The notes: generated from the letters alone by a model not told the origin. A stretch of 38,623 nucleotides of DNA from a virus (IMGVR_UViG_3300033407_000061:1-38623), one strand, 5' to 3'; positions 19,548 through 29,331 are shown, counted from the first letter of the stretch. Numbers and translations: made by a program.

Positions 19548-21647
19548 ATGAGAAAACTCGGAATCCCACCAGAAAATCTACAGCCAAACAGATATGTAGG
19601 TCCAAAATCAAATTTAGTTCCTTGCGTAGAAGCAAAAAGGAGACCTACTGTTCTTGATCGTACTTATCCGCTATTGACGAACTGGCGTGTTGGTTCTAGT
19701 CCATCCACGGGATCCGAAGGTGAAGTCTGGCAGTTAGTAAAATTTGAGACGTCTCCAGCCGGAGATGCCACATGGAGGAGATTAGAAAATACATCTTCAG
19801 GAAGTGCAATTCTCACAGCTACTGTGGATGCAGTAACGGGACCAGGGGTTAATCCTGTAGATCCAGATGGAGTAGGAACTATTTCTATACTTGGTGGTAT
19901 TGTAGCCAATCACACGGTTCCTGTCGAAACACACACGAGAGCACTCAATACATTTACAGTCGAAGCTCAAGTAGCAACAGCAAGAACAGGCGCACCAGGA
20001 AATGCACTGGACGCTGGTATGTGTTCGTTTGATGATACAGCCTTCACGGTCGATGCTAATGGATATGTCGCCTTGGTTGGCGGTCTTGGACCAGCAATAG
20101 ATAATATTGGAGTAGATGATTTTACTGGCCCAGGAACGCAACCAGTAGCACCAAGCGGTGCTGGGTTAGTGACCGTCAACGGATTAGCTGTAGCAGCTCA
20201 TAGCATCCCTTTAGAGACCCATAGCAGAGCTGTAAATAAATATAACATCGAAATCCAGGTAGCTAGTGACAGAACAGGCGCACCAGCCAACAAAAACGAT
20301 GCTGGTATTTGCTCTTTCGACGACACTCAATTCACAGTCGATACTAATGGATGGGTAACCCTCAGCGGTGCAGGTCTTATGGTGGACACCATAGGCGTTC
20401 AGGCTACAGCAGGTACGGGAGTCGATCCTGTAGTCCCAACAGCTGCTGGCCTCCTAACGGTAAATGGAGCCGCAGTCGCAAACGCAGCGATCCCAGTACA
20501 GTCGATCAGCCGAACACCAAACGAGTACAATGTTGAGGTACAGGTAGCCACAGCATTAGCTTCGGCTCCTGGTGATAAGGATGATGCCGGCCTTGTTTCA
20601 TTTGATAATGGAGAATTTGCAGTTACGTCTCAAGGATATGTCACACTGATTTCCCAACAGTGGCAGCCCGTTAGGAACGGTTTTGTTAGAAACTTGGGAT
20701 TTACTTATTCAGCAGGGGTATTCTCTATAACATCTGCAGATGGGAGTGCGCTCAGTGCGACAAATCCAGCCTATGCACTCCTGGGAGATAAGACAAATCC
20801 AACATTGTATAATCTCTATACGATCGAATCGGGATGGAGTTTTACTGATGATGCTGGAGCAAGCACAATCATTGGAAACCTATTTGGGATGACGACAGGA
20901 ATTAATTTCCTTGCTAATAGACCATTCTTTATCTATTTGGTTGCAAACGATGACGGTGCAACCCTTCAAGCCATGATTTCTGACAACCCCAACGCATCCG
21001 CATCGGTCGCTTCAGGAAACATAGGTACACCTTCTAGCGCAATAGCAGATGCACAGGGAGATTTTTGGTCATTCGATAACGTGACCACCACGGCATATGA
21101 TTCTAATCCATGCCTTAATATTGGTGTCATCCGGATGCAGTTTACAGGAGTAGACGATTGGACAATCCAGACGTTAAGTTCTAAAGACGGCGTGGGAAGA
21201 TATCAAGAAGAAACAGATTGGCAGATGCACCCAGGACAGTTCGGAGCAGCTAATACAAATACTATTTTTAATAATGCTGGAACGGTCCCGACCTACGATC
21301 CGGGCGCAACCAATGTGATGAAATACCGCATCGATCGGAATGGATGGGTGACATGTTATCTTAATTTCAATCAAAACAATGCATCGTCAGGAGCACAATC
21401 CTTATCGATTGCCCTACCATACGAGCAGTTCCAGGTTGGAGGGCCATTGACATATCCCGTAATAGGATATTGGTTAGACGGAGGAGTGTCTAAAATGGTC
21501 GGCGGAGCAATTACAGATAATACTAGAAATTTAACTAGCTTCGTGAACGATGGGGGCTCGGCAGTGTTGACAAATAACTCATTTGCAAGCGGTGATGCCC
21601 TACGGATGCAATTTTCATACCAAGCGTTTGATTCGAATGCAATATGA
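19548..21647 (+). CDS. Tail fibre protein 3
   Basis: Three ~95-aa repeats ending AG..SFD...F.V...G.V.L; C-terminal domain paralogous to fibre 2. Confidence 0.75.
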   Translation: MRKLGIPPENLQPNRYVGPKSNLVPCVEAKRRPTVLDRTYPLLTNWRVGSSPSTGSEGEVWQLVKFETSPAGDATWRRLENTSSGSAILTATVDAVTGPGVNPVDPDGVGTISILGGIVANHTVPVETHTRALNTFTVEAQVATARTGAPGNALDAGMCSFDDTAFTVDANGYVALVGGLGPAIDNIGVDDFTGPGTQPVAPSGAGLVTVNGLAVAAHSIPLETHSRAVNKYNIEIQVASDRTGAPANKNDAGICSFDDTQFTVDTNGWVTLSGAGLMVDTIGVQATAGTGVDPVVPTAAGLLTVNGAAVANAAIPVQSISRTPNEYNVEVQVATALASAPGDKDDAGLVSFDNGEFAVTSQGYVTLISQQWQPVRNGFVRNLGFTYSAGVFSITSADGSALSATNPAYALLGDKTNPTLYNLYTIESGWSFTDDAGASTIIGNLFGMTTGINFLANRPFFIYLVANDDGATLQAMISDNPNASASVASGNIGTPSSAIADAQGDFWSFDNVTTTAYDSNPCLNIGVIRMQFTGVDDWTIQTLSSKDGVGRYQEETDWQMHPGQFGAANTNTIFNNAGTVPTYDPGATNVMKYRIDRNGWVTCYLNFNQNNASSGAQSLSIALPYEQFQVGGPLTYPVIGYWLDGGVSKMVGGAITDNTRNLTSFVNDGGSAVLTNNSFASGDALRMQFSYQAFDSNAI

Positions 21648-21835
21648 TGAGGAAAATACTGGTAAAATTAGCTATTGCCATTCTGATTACTGGCAGCCTC
21701 GTAGGTGGGTGCTCTTACATTAATCGGAAAGCTGGCCTAGAAGATGATTGGTTCGGAGAAGAGCTTTTAGAAGATCATATTGAAGTGCAAACCGGCATTC
21801 GTATAGACTTGACCCCTTCCAGTAAGGAAAAGTAG
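21644..21835 (+). CDS. Small lipoprotein
   Basis: Basic N-terminus, hydrophobic helix and lipobox-like LVGGC. Confidence 0.6.
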   Translation: MMRKILVKLAIAILITGSLVGGCSYINRKAGLEDDWFGEELLEDHIEVQTGIRIDLTPSSKEK

Positions 21836-21877
21836 CCCGGAGAGGAAAATGGAGGTAAACCCCTCCAGGCTGTGGGG

Positions 21878-22810
21878 TCATTGACCTTCGCTAATCTTCC
21901 AATAGCCGATAGCATCCTTGCGGTAGGCTTCTGGTTGAAATTGAGCTGCTGCATCAGGGAAATGTTGTGCCATATCAGAATACAGCTTCTTCCAATCTAT
22001 AGAGCCATCACGCCTGATGCGAGTAAGTTTCACACCATACCCCTTACAATTACTATCATCTGAGAAAGAGACAAGCTTTTCTTTATAAAACTTTTCTTTC
22101 TCGTTGAACACCTTAGCCATTTCAGCAGCAGCCTTCCACTCACGAGCTGCGTGCTCGAACTCAGGATCGGTAATTTGTATGAAGTCTTCTTCTGAGTGAG
22201 CCGGTTCTTCCATCTCAACAAGGCATCGATAGAAATTGGCTATCTTTGGGAGGATTTCAGCAATGTATTCCTCATCGAATGGAACATCTACAACGACCAT
22301 TTCATCTTTGTAATATGACGCGTAAAAACAGAGCTTTGTTCCGCTGCAAAACATTTGCCACTGCACTTGCGAAAAATAATGATCTGGTACGTTCCCCATC
22401 TCAGCAATTTGATGATCAGCCATCCCAGGACATTTGATCTCTAGAATGCAACCACCAGCATAATCTCTGTCTATACCATCTAAGGAAGCGGAAGCCCACT
22501 CTAGCTCGGGATGAGTAAGAACCTCGGCAACAAAGCAGGCTTTACGTTGATCATTAAACAGATCACGCACAAAAGGCTCAAGATCACGCCCCCTTTGCAT
22601 AGCCCAATTGTCTTTGATCCCATCCAAAAACCCCACCTTCCGCTGCCATAGCTGAAGGGGAGTTGCCCACTTGATTTTGCCTAGGATACAAGCGATGTCG
22701 GAGGCTCCGATATGGGAGTTCCTCCATGTTTTCCATTCGGCCGATGATTGATCTTGTGGTATGGTCATTAAATCCTCTATTTGTTCATGTTGTGAGTGGT
22801 TCCAAATCAT
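21878..22810 (-). CDS. YqaJ / lambda-exonuclease family recombination nuclease
   Basis: EWKTWRNSHIGASD, ASLDG, LEIKCP and QVQWQM motifs; true start may be slightly downstream. Confidence 0.92.
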   Translation of the reverse strand: MIWNHSQHEQIEDLMTIPQDQSSAEWKTWRNSHIGASDIACILGKIKWATPLQLWQRKVGFLDGIKDNWAMQRGRDLEPFVRDLFNDQRKACFVAEVLTHPELEWASASLDGIDRDYAGGCILEIKCPGMADHQIAEMGNVPDHYFSQVQWQMFCSGTKLCFYASYYKDEMVVVDVPFDEEYIAEILPKIANFYRCLVEMEEPAHSEEDFIQITDPEFEHAAREWKAAAEMAKVFNEKEKFYKEKLVSFSDDSNCKGYGVKLTRIRRDGSIDWKKLYSDMAQHFPDAAAQFQPEAYRKDAIGYWKISEGQ

Positions 22811-23094
22811 CCTGCTAACCCTGGTTTTTCTGTTTCGTGTAATGCTGAGTTGATAGAATCAGTAATATCCCACAGGTTATTATCATCATTTAGAAACATT
22901 TCATATATATCGTCTCGTATCAGCGATGAGAAAACCAATGCATCACGTTCGCTTTCAAAGCCGTGCAAAATGTGCTTGTAGCTATCAATGCATAGGTAAA
23001 CTTCCCAAAAGTCTTTCGTTTTCGACGGGAAGATATCAATTCTATTTGCGTTGGCCAAGATGTACATTCCCCAAGGGGTTTTGAGTCGTAGCAT
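22807..23094 (-). CDS. Hypothetical protein
   Basis: AAGGAG RBS before ATG 23094 (MLRLKTPWG...); ATGA overlap with the YqaJ gene. Confidence 0.55.
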   Translation of the reverse strand: MLRLKTPWGMYILANANRIDIFPSKTKDFWEVYLCIDSYKHILHGFESERDALVFSSLIRDDIYEMFLNDDNNLWDITDSINSALHETEKPGLAG

Positions 23095-23244
23095 GGAATC
23101 TCCTTGAGTTCTATTGCCGCTTTGTTGTAAACTACCAAAGTCCCTGCCTCTACAATCATGGAAGATTGTGGAAGCAGGCATCCGAAGGAGTTGTTGACTC
23201 CAATTGCTTGGCTGCACGAGGTCCAATTCGTCAGCCGAGTTTTT

Positions 23245-24075
23245 TTACTTACCATCTGTCTTGGCATCATTCTTTTTACCCTGTTTGTCGATGCAAGCTT
23301 GGGCATATCCCCTACAGGCCACGAGCTGTACCTTTGTGATATTGCGAAGATTTTCTACGCGACACATATTCATTAGTTTGTCACGCAGGTCTGTGTGGCC
23401 ATTGATGTAAGCATCTAGCTTCTCCCACTCTTCTTCAGAGATAGCAGAGTCAGAGGGCTCAACGAGTTTTGGCGTAGCCTTTTCGAGTTTTGGCGCAGAA
23501 GATTCGACTTTTGGCGAAGGCGCTCTCTTATCTGCTTGCTCCATCTCCTCAGCGGCATAAAGTCCGCTCAAGTCGGCTGGAAATGCACGACGAAGAGCAC
23601 GAGCCTCGGCGCACTTTTCGATCATTACATGCGGCATCTTGCCCCAAAGCCCTTGGCCCGTACTATACTCTCTAATAAGGGCGGTAGCACTGATATCATG
23701 CCAGGTACCATCGGGCGTCATTTTTTTCACGTACACCTTTGCCCCTAGGAGCGATCCTTTGGCGCAGTAGAGGAACTCAGTATCTTTACCCGGACTATAC
23801 TTGCCGGTACGCTCTGCAATCAGCCTGAAGCCATCTATGCCCGTCTGTACGCACATGTGCCCACCACGCTTGATTGCGTAGATCTGCTTAGAGAAGCAGT
23901 CTAATCGAGTTCGCACACATTGATAGAGGAAGATACTCAGCTCTGAATCGGTTAGGCCTGGTGCAATAGTTGAACGAATGATATTCACTTGATCTGCTGT
24001 AAATTCCTTATCAGCATCCACGCATAGTGGGTTAACGATCTTTGATGGTCTTGATATTTCTACTTCGGTTCCCAT
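23245..24075 (-). CDS. bet: Phage recombination protein Bet (RecT/Redbeta single-strand annealing protein)
   Basis: KQIYAIKR, QTGIDGFRLIAERTG, WGKMPHVMIEKCAEARALRRAFP and GLYAAEEM motifs. Confidence 0.92.
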   Translation of the reverse strand: MGTEVEISRPSKIVNPLCVDADKEFTADQVNIIRSTIAPGLTDSELSIFLYQCVRTRLDCFSKQIYAIKRGGHMCVQTGIDGFRLIAERTGKYSPGKDTEFLYCAKGSLLGAKVYVKKMTPDGTWHDISATALIREYSTGQGLWGKMPHVMIEKCAEARALRRAFPADLSGLYAAEEMEQADKRAPSPKVESSAPKLEKATPKLVEPSDSAISEEEWEKLDAYINGHTDLRDKLMNMCRVENLRNITKVQLVACRGYAQACIDKQGKKNDAKTDGK

Positions 24076-24132
24076 GTTACTTTCCTTGTTTTTGTAGTTC
24101 GTATAGATCTGCTTCATCGAATCGTCGAGGTG

Positions 24133-24165
24133 TAACCCCCTGGCTTTAGCCAGGGGGTGGTTTAC
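24133..24165 (+). repeat. Solo IS200/IS605 right-end-like hairpin (third family)
   Basis: CCCCCTGGC-TTTA-GCCAGGGGG-TGGTTTAC perfect hairpin adjoining the stop codon of the Gly-rich ORF. Confidence 0.5.
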
Positions 24166-24411
24166 TTAATAGCCCGCGATATTGCTGTCGGCATCGGCCG
24201 CGCCCTCGCCGTTGCCATCGCCTGCGCCAGAGCTGCAGCCTTTGCCGCCGCCAGAGCCGTTTCCTGAGCCGTAGCCGTAGCCGAAGCCGTAGCCGAAGCC
24301 GTAGCCGAAGCCACAGCCGTTTCCTGAGCCGAAGCCGTAGCCGAAGCCATTTTCGGAGACGTCGCCCGCGCCAGAGCCGTAGTCGAAGCCATCTCCATCA
24401 AGATTAAGCAT
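24166..24411 (-). CDS. Gly-rich repeat protein (GxG repeats), 81 aa
   Basis: MLNLDGDGFDYGSGAGD...GYGFGYG; its start overlaps the end of the DUF6948-like gene. Confidence 0.6.
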   Translation of the reverse strand: MLNLDGDGFDYGSGAGDVSENGFGYGFGSGNGCGFGYGFGYGFGYGYGSGNGSGGGKGCSSGAGDGNGEGAADADSNIAGY

Positions 24412-24724
24412 TTTCTTCGCCCCACGCACTCCAGATTGGAATGCCCTCAATCGAGAGGCGGGCTTGATCCGAACACGGAATAATCTCAGTTGCCTCCGTA
24501 AGCGTGATTTCGCTAACGGCGCATGGGACCTTACACTTCTCAGGGTATCGGACACCTCGAACAGAAAGTTCGTTTAGTGTTGTCGCTCCATTCCAATACC
24601 AGATTCTGCGAGCATTTCTAAGCACAACTTCTTTGTTGTCGCGAGACAACAAATAGCCTGCATGTACTCCTGCGGAATATGTGCGAACAACTACGTATGT
24701 TAGATCTTCGAAAGTCATTTTCAT
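24404..24724 (-). CDS. DUF6948-like phage protein
   Basis: YVVVRTYSAGVHAG...LRNARRIWYWNGATTLNELSVRG...EIIPCS; AAGGAG RBS. Confidence 0.75.
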   Translation of the reverse strand: MKMTFEDLTYVVVRTYSAGVHAGYLLSRDNKEVVLRNARRIWYWNGATTLNELSVRGVRYPEKCKVPCAVSEITLTEATEIIPCSDQARLSIEGIPIWSAWGEENA

Positions 24725-24736
24725 TTCTCCTTTTTT

Positions 24737-24818
24737 GGGCTTCCCCGTTGGTTGTGGCATTATTATGCCAGATTCCAACATTATCCACAATGCATTTCTT
24801 CTGTGAAAAATAAAAAAT
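24737..24818 (-). promoter_or_regulatory. Putative leftward early promoter/leader, duplicated at 33241-33320
   Basis: About 80-bp imperfect repeat; on the minus strand TTCACA...GATAAT, upstream of an RBS in both copies. Confidence 0.5.
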
Positions 24819-24833
24819 ATTCAATTGTAAAAA

Positions 24834-25133
24834 ATGAACGCACAGGACATAATGGAGGGAACCAAGGAGGTTGCTATGATTTTAAGAGATTGGCTGCTTA
24901 AGGAGGGATTGCTTCCTTACCAATTTGCACGCATTGCAGGATTTGCTCCTGCAACAATTTACAAGAGCCTCAACGGATCCCAACGCCTAAGCGCTAGATT
25001 AGCTGTGGTTATAGAGCAGGTAACAGGCGGTGAGGTCACTAGAACTGAGGCTGTATGGCCAGAGGATCACATTGAGATAGACGAAAATGGAAACGAGCGA
25101 ATGCTAGCGGTTCCAAAATCAGTAAAAAAATGA
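24834..25133 (+). CDS. Cro-like HTH transcriptional regulator
   Basis: LRDWL...QFARIAGFAPATIYKSLNG...LAVVIEQVTGGEVT; divergent from the early operon; start may be 24876. Confidence 0.75.
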   Translation: MNAQDIMEGTKEVAMILRDWLLKEGLLPYQFARIAGFAPATIYKSLNGSQRLSARLAVVIEQVTGGEVTRTEAVWPEDHIEIDENGNERMLAVPKSVKK

Positions 25134-25393
25134 GTTGGCTTGTCCGCAACGAAATTTCACATTATCGTTAGCAGCCAGTAGAAAAACGAAAGCCACTGAT
25201 TGTTGTCAGTGGCCTTCTTAGAGAGATTCTGCATGTCAGCTGAATCAGTACTAATGTAACAAATTGGTCTGATTTAGGAAAGTGTAGAGTCTCCAAAAAA
25301 CTTAACTTGGAGACATTTCCTTGAAATCGAATGTGATACTCTATCATAGCCGTTCATTGCAATCAATCTCCAATCATTATTTGGAGCAATTGA

Positions 25394-26338
25394 ATGTCAC
25401 TACCCACACCAAACTACACCCAGGTCCCCAACTTCATCATTGATGAGATGATGGCCAAATTGTCGCATAGCGAGTTTAAGGTCGCTATGCTCATCCTCCG
25501 CCAGACGGTAGGTTACCATCGTCGCGAGGCCTTCATTAGCTACACTAAATTTGAGACAACGTGTGGTGTGTCCGCTCGATGGGCTCTTAAGTGTACACAA
25601 AAAATGGAAAAGCTCGGATGGATCGAGGTGGTTCACGGCGACAGGAACACCGCCAATATCTACCGAATCCTCCTCAAACCTGAAGAACAAAATACTACGG
25701 AACTCAGTACCCTACCCCCCAAAGAGGTACGGAACTCAGTTCAGCAGGGTACCGAACTCAGTTCGGTAGGGGTACGGAACTCAGTTCCATCAGTAAACAA
25801 AGTAAAAGAAACCTCTAAAGAAAAGGACAATGTCTTGACGGTGCCCTCATCTGCAAATGATGGGAATAGGAGGCTTCAAGTGGATCGCTTCATTGGAAAG
25901 CTGAGCCCTGAGCAGCGTAAGGTGCACGACCAGATCGTCAAGTTCAAGCCGCAGTGGGGCATGGCCCCGAAGTCAAACGATGTCTGTGCCTGGTTCCTTT
26001 CAAATCGATGGACCTCGAAGCAGGTGGCCGAGGCCTTCATGGTCTACCGGCAGGATGCCGCTGAAGCTCATTCAAAGGGCCGCAGCATTGATAACATGGG
26101 TGGTGCCATAGTCGCAGCCATCAAGAGCTCTCGACGCCCCAAGAACGCCGCATTTGAAGCAAACAAGAATCTAGCCATCGCATCCGCCAACGGAACTGAC
26201 GGCATGGAGGCCATGGATAAGTACGTAAAGTTCAGGATTGGCAACGACGAAGTTCAGCTTAACTACGACCTTCCGATGCAATCGTTCGCGAGCACGCTGT
26301 CGGAATACAAACTCAAAACACAAATGCAGTACGAGTGA
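25394..26338 (+). CDS. Replication initiator protein (lambda O-like N-terminus)
   Basis: PNYTQVPNFIIDEMMAKLSHSEFKVAMLILRQTVGYHR; internal iterons. Confidence 0.8.
   Translation: MSLPTPNYTQVPNFIIDEMMAKLSHSEFKVAMLILRQTVGYHRREAFISYTKFETTCGVSARWALKCTQKMEKLGWIEVVHGDRNTANIYRILLKPEEQNTTELSTLPPKEVRNSVQQGTELSSVGVRNSVPSVNKVKETSKEKDNVLTVPSSANDGNRRLQVDRFIGKLSPEQRKVHDQIVKFKPQWGMAPKSNDVCAWFLSNRWTSKQVAEAFMVYRQDAAEAHSKGRSIDNMGGAIVAAIKSSRRPKNAAFEANKNLAIASANGTDGMEAMDKYVKFRIGNDEVQLNYDLPMQSFASTLSEYKLKTQMQYE
25696..25786 (+). repeat. Four iterons TAC(G/C)GAACTCAGT - probable replication origin
   Basis: Copies at 25696, 25728, 25750 and 25773, followed by an A-rich tract, inside the initiator gene. Confidence 0.8.
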
Positions 26339-26350
26339 AATAAGTTTTAC

Positions 26351-26396
26351 AGTTCGTCCCGAAAGGGCGAACTGGAAGGTCCCGAAAGGGCGAACT
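26351..26396 (+). repeat. GAAA-tetraloop hairpin plus direct repeat GTCCCGAAAGGGCGAACT
   Basis: AGTTCGTCCC-GAAA-GGGCGAACT, with a second copy 23 nt later. Confidence 0.6.
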
Positions 26397-26579
26397 ATTA
26401 AAGAATCCCATGACCCAAAAATAGGAGAAGGCAATGCAGACAGCAATTTTCATTGGAGGCATGGCTACATTCCTTGGATGCAGAGCAAGTCTTCATTACA
26501 TCAGTTGGAAAAGAGCAGGAATCGATTTAACGGCCATTGCAGCGTGTTACATAGCAGTCCTGTGTCTATGGAGGTTCCT

Positions 26580-27008
26580 ATGAGCGTTATGCTCGCCACA
26601 GCTCTTGTATGCAGTCCTGATGCCTTTGAAGTGGACAATGCTGCTAGCCAAATGACACATGCGTACCAAATGAGCCTATCTGCTCAAGAACGGGATCGAA
26701 TTTGGAGAGAGTGCCACTTCGCCGTTCAGAAGATGAATCGAGAGATGGAACAGGCAGAGCGGGAAGCTCGCCAGATCACAAATGTTGACATCAGAGAGGC
26801 AACGATTGGAGCCATCGAAGGCGCGGTTTGTGGTCTTAGCGGCTATTCACCTTACACAGTCGTTGTGGGCGGTTGCTTAGGTGCTCTAGCTCGTATTGGC
26901 GGTGATTCTTACAGACACTTTGCTAGATCTAAAGACCATGTTCGAGATGCTGAATCTTACGCCAGGATTGCAGACGCTCTTCAAGAGAGGCTCTGGAGGG
27001 ATCAGTGA
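26580..27008 (+). CDS. Hypothetical protein (coiled-coil plus Gly-zipper hydrophobic segment)
   Basis: GGAGG RBS before ATG 26580; GAIEGAVCG...VVGGCLGALA. Confidence 0.6.
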   Translation: MSVMLATALVCSPDAFEVDNAASQMTHAYQMSLSAQERDRIWRECHFAVQKMNREMEQAEREARQITNVDIREATIGAIEGAVCGLSGYSPYTVVVGGCLGALARIGGDSYRHFARSKDHVRDAESYARIADALQERLWRDQ

Positions 27009-27068
27009 TCCAATTTACAGAATTTTGTAGATCTTTGAAGAACGTGAGATTTCAAGAATTTTAAGGAT

Positions 27069-27119
27069 AGGGACATTTTAGGGACATTTTAGGGACATTT
27101 CAGGGACATTTTAGGGACA
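27069..27119 (+). repeat. Five tandem 11-bp repeats AGGGACATTTT
   Basis: Copies at 27069, 27080, 27091, 27102 and 27113 (last partial); intergenic. Confidence 0.85.
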
Positions 27120-27170
27120 AACGCCGTAAACAACTCGCCTGAAAAGACCATTTGTGCTAAAAACTATAGT

Positions 27171-27497
27171 ATGATTTCACGATTGAAACACAAGTTCGGC
27201 GCGATAGAAACCAAGAAGGATGGGATCCGATTCCCAAGCCGATTGGAAGCACGGTATTACGAGCACCTACTCATGATGAGGAAGTCGGGTGAGTTGTTGG
27301 AATTCCTGCGCCAGCCTTTGTTCGACCTACCAGGCAAAGTGACCTATAGGGCCGATTTCATTGAGTTCTGGAAGGATGGCACTGTTCGAGTCGTAGACGT
27401 GAAAGGAATGCCACCGACAGAAGCATTCCGCATCAAGAAAAGAATGGTAGAAGAATTATATCCTCATTTCAAGATTGAAGTGGTAAAGAAAATTTGA
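27171..27497 (+). CDS. DUF1064-family PD-(D/E)xK endonuclease
   Basis: KFGA...DGIRFPSRLEARYY, YRADF and VVDVKG motifs. Confidence 0.85.
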   Translation: MISRLKHKFGAIETKKDGIRFPSRLEARYYEHLLMMRKSGELLEFLRQPLFDLPGKVTYRADFIEFWKDGTVRVVDVKGMPPTEAFRIKKRMVEELYPHFKIEVVKKI

Positions 27498-27510
27498 ACA
27501 CGGAGACACG

Positions 27511-27753
27511 ATGTACAAAGTAACGATCAACGGCAACGAGAAAGAAGTCCAAGCACAGGGCCTTACAATCGACAAAGGAACTATAATCTTTTTTTGCGAT
27601 AAAGAGTGTACACAGTCAAAACTCGTGGTAAACTCTGGAAAGTGGGATTCAATCGAAGTAGTAGGAGACTCAGATGCCCTACAAATCAGAAAAACAAAAA
27701 GCATTCCTCAAGATCACCAAGCCGGAAGCAGCATTCCCGACAACGATGATTGA
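27511..27753 (+). CDS. Hypothetical protein
   Basis: 80 aa ORF with GGAG RBS. Confidence 0.6.
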   Translation: MYKVTINGNEKEVQAQGLTIDKGTIIFFCDKECTQSKLVVNSGKWDSIEVVGDSDALQIRKTKSIPQDHQAGSSIPDNDD

Positions 27754-27890
27754 TCTCTTCGATTCGGTGAACTACTTGACAATTTAACAATTTAAATTTA
27801 CAGGTAGTCAAACCGCCCCATTTAGACAGGGGGAGGTTCAACGAAATCAGGTAAAATCTGGAGGATTGTAATGCAAACATCTAATCACGA

Positions 27891-28136
27891 ATGCTGCTGC
27901 TGTGGTTGAATGGCGTCCTGGTAGATGGTTCTATTTACTCAGGCTATACTCAAGCGCCAGGAGATGATGCCGCACACTCAACGGGGGTTGTGATCATAGA
28001 GGTCAAGGCGAACGATGTGTTAAAACTTCGCAACACATCTATCAGTGATGTCAATCTAAACCCGGCGATTGGAGGTTCGGTTTTCCCGATTTCAATTTGC
28101 TCTGTATTGGCAAAAAGCCTAAGGCTTCTTCCCTAA
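27891..28136 (+). pseudogene. C-terminal fragment resembling a BclA/C1q-like jelly-roll domain
   Basis: LWLNGVLVDGSIY...IIEVKANDVLKLRNTS pattern; no N-terminal part and no clear RBS. Confidence 0.4.
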
Positions 28137-28201
28137 AGCCAGCTTCCTAGATGGATTCTCAAAAAAACAAGGCTAGTAGTCTCCGTCGTGCCTTACGTTT
28201 T

Positions 28202-28226
28202 CCCTGCCAATGCAGGGTTTTTTTTT
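28202..28226 (+). terminator. Intrinsic terminator
   Basis: CCCTGC-CAAT-GCAGGG followed by a long T run. Confidence 0.75.
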
Positions 28227-28245
28227 AATTAAAAAAAATGTACAA

Positions 28246-28294
28246 AAATACGGGATAGTATTAAAAAATATAAATACGGTATAGTATTAAAAAA
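28246..28294 (+). repeat. 23-bp direct repeat AAATACGG(G/T)ATAGTATTAAAAAA
   Basis: Copies at 28246 and 28272 in an AT-rich intergenic region upstream of the packaging operon. Confidence 0.6.
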
Positions 28295-28370
28295 CTTAAC
28301 CGAAAGAAAGCTCGTAGGCGCGTATTTGCAACGCCGGTACAAGGCACGTCGCTACATCATGGGAGGAGAA

Positions 28371-28595
28371 ATGACCTGGATACTACACAAGGGCAATCGC
28401 AAGCAAATGTACAACACGGATATGTCAGAATCTATCCATGTTGGCCAGGTAAACGAAACAGGTGGGTGGGCGGTAATAGTCTGGTTCAACAATTTAAAAG
28501 TATATCTAGAATATCCAAGCGAACAGGAAGCAAGACAAGCGTTCGGATATCTAATTGAATCCATCAAGAGGGGAGACAACCTCGCTCATATATGA
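28371..28595 (+). CDS. Hypothetical protein
   Basis: GGAGGAG RBS before ATG 28371 (MTWILHKG...). Confidence 0.6.
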   Translation: MTWILHKGNRKQMYNTDMSESIHVGQVNETGGWAVIVWFNNLKVYLEYPSEQEARQAFGYLIESIKRGDNLAHI

Positions 28596-29245
28596 AAACG
28601 AACGCCCCCGAATGGCACCTCGAAAAGAGAAAGCTTTCAAAGCTCAAAGACTACCCATTTAACCCTCGTATATTATCAGAAGAGGCAGAAGAAAAGTTAA
28701 AACAGAATCTTCTTAACTTTGGAACCATTGATCGCCCCTGCGTAACTATTGAAGGAATGATTATAGGAGGGCACCAACGTACGAAGGTGCTTAAAAAACT
28801 TGGGATCAAAGAGCTGGAAGTCTGGGTGCCGGATCGTGAACTGTCTGGCAAAGAGATCTCTCAACTTAATCTATCACTAAACAAGATAGGGGGAGACTTC
28901 GACATTGAGATGGTCATCTCCCTACATGATCCTGAGTTTTTGAAAGATGCAGGATGGACAGAGGACGAAACAAAAAATCTTTGGAATGAACCTATTGGAG
29001 ATGAAAGGATAGAAGGAGAGGAAGTACCACAAGCGAGCGAGCCAGAAGTAGATGAGGACGAACTCAAAAAGAAGATGGAGACGTACCTCGAAAATACCAT
29101 CCGGCAGATTGTCTTATACTACGACGTAGATACTCACAAGAATGTGATAGAAAGATTAGAGCGAGTAAAGAAGGAGTGCGATCTCGAAGACAACAGCGAG
29201 GCAGTCCTGCGACTACTGGAGCTTTATGAAAGCCAAGCGACCTAA
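28592..29245 (+). CDS. ParB/Srx N-terminal domain protein
   Basis: LKDYPFNPRIL, IIGGHQR and LNLSLNKIGGDFD motifs; upstream of the terminase genes. Confidence 0.85.
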   Translation: MKTNAPEWHLEKRKLSKLKDYPFNPRILSEEAEEKLKQNLLNFGTIDRPCVTIEGMIIGGHQRTKVLKKLGIKELEVWVPDRELSGKEISQLNLSLNKIGGDFDIEMVISLHDPEFLKDAGWTEDETKNLWNEPIGDERIEGEEVPQASEPEVDEDELKKKMETYLENTIRQIVLYYDVDTHKNVIERLERVKKECDLEDNSEAVLRLLELYESQAT

Positions 29246-29331
29246 TGAGGTGACGGCCTACATTTTCACGAGGGGAAGACCCGAAAAGCAGAAGACCTTG
29301 CGTGAGCTTCCTCACCACCAAATGAGAAAAT

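Noticed and set aside
14992-21647. Diversity-generating retroelement acting on the tail fibres
   Set aside because: No reverse transcriptase; the internal repeats differ mainly at synonymous positions rather than at adenines
27069-27119. Mini-CRISPR
   Set aside because: Contiguous 11-bp tandem repeats with no spacers
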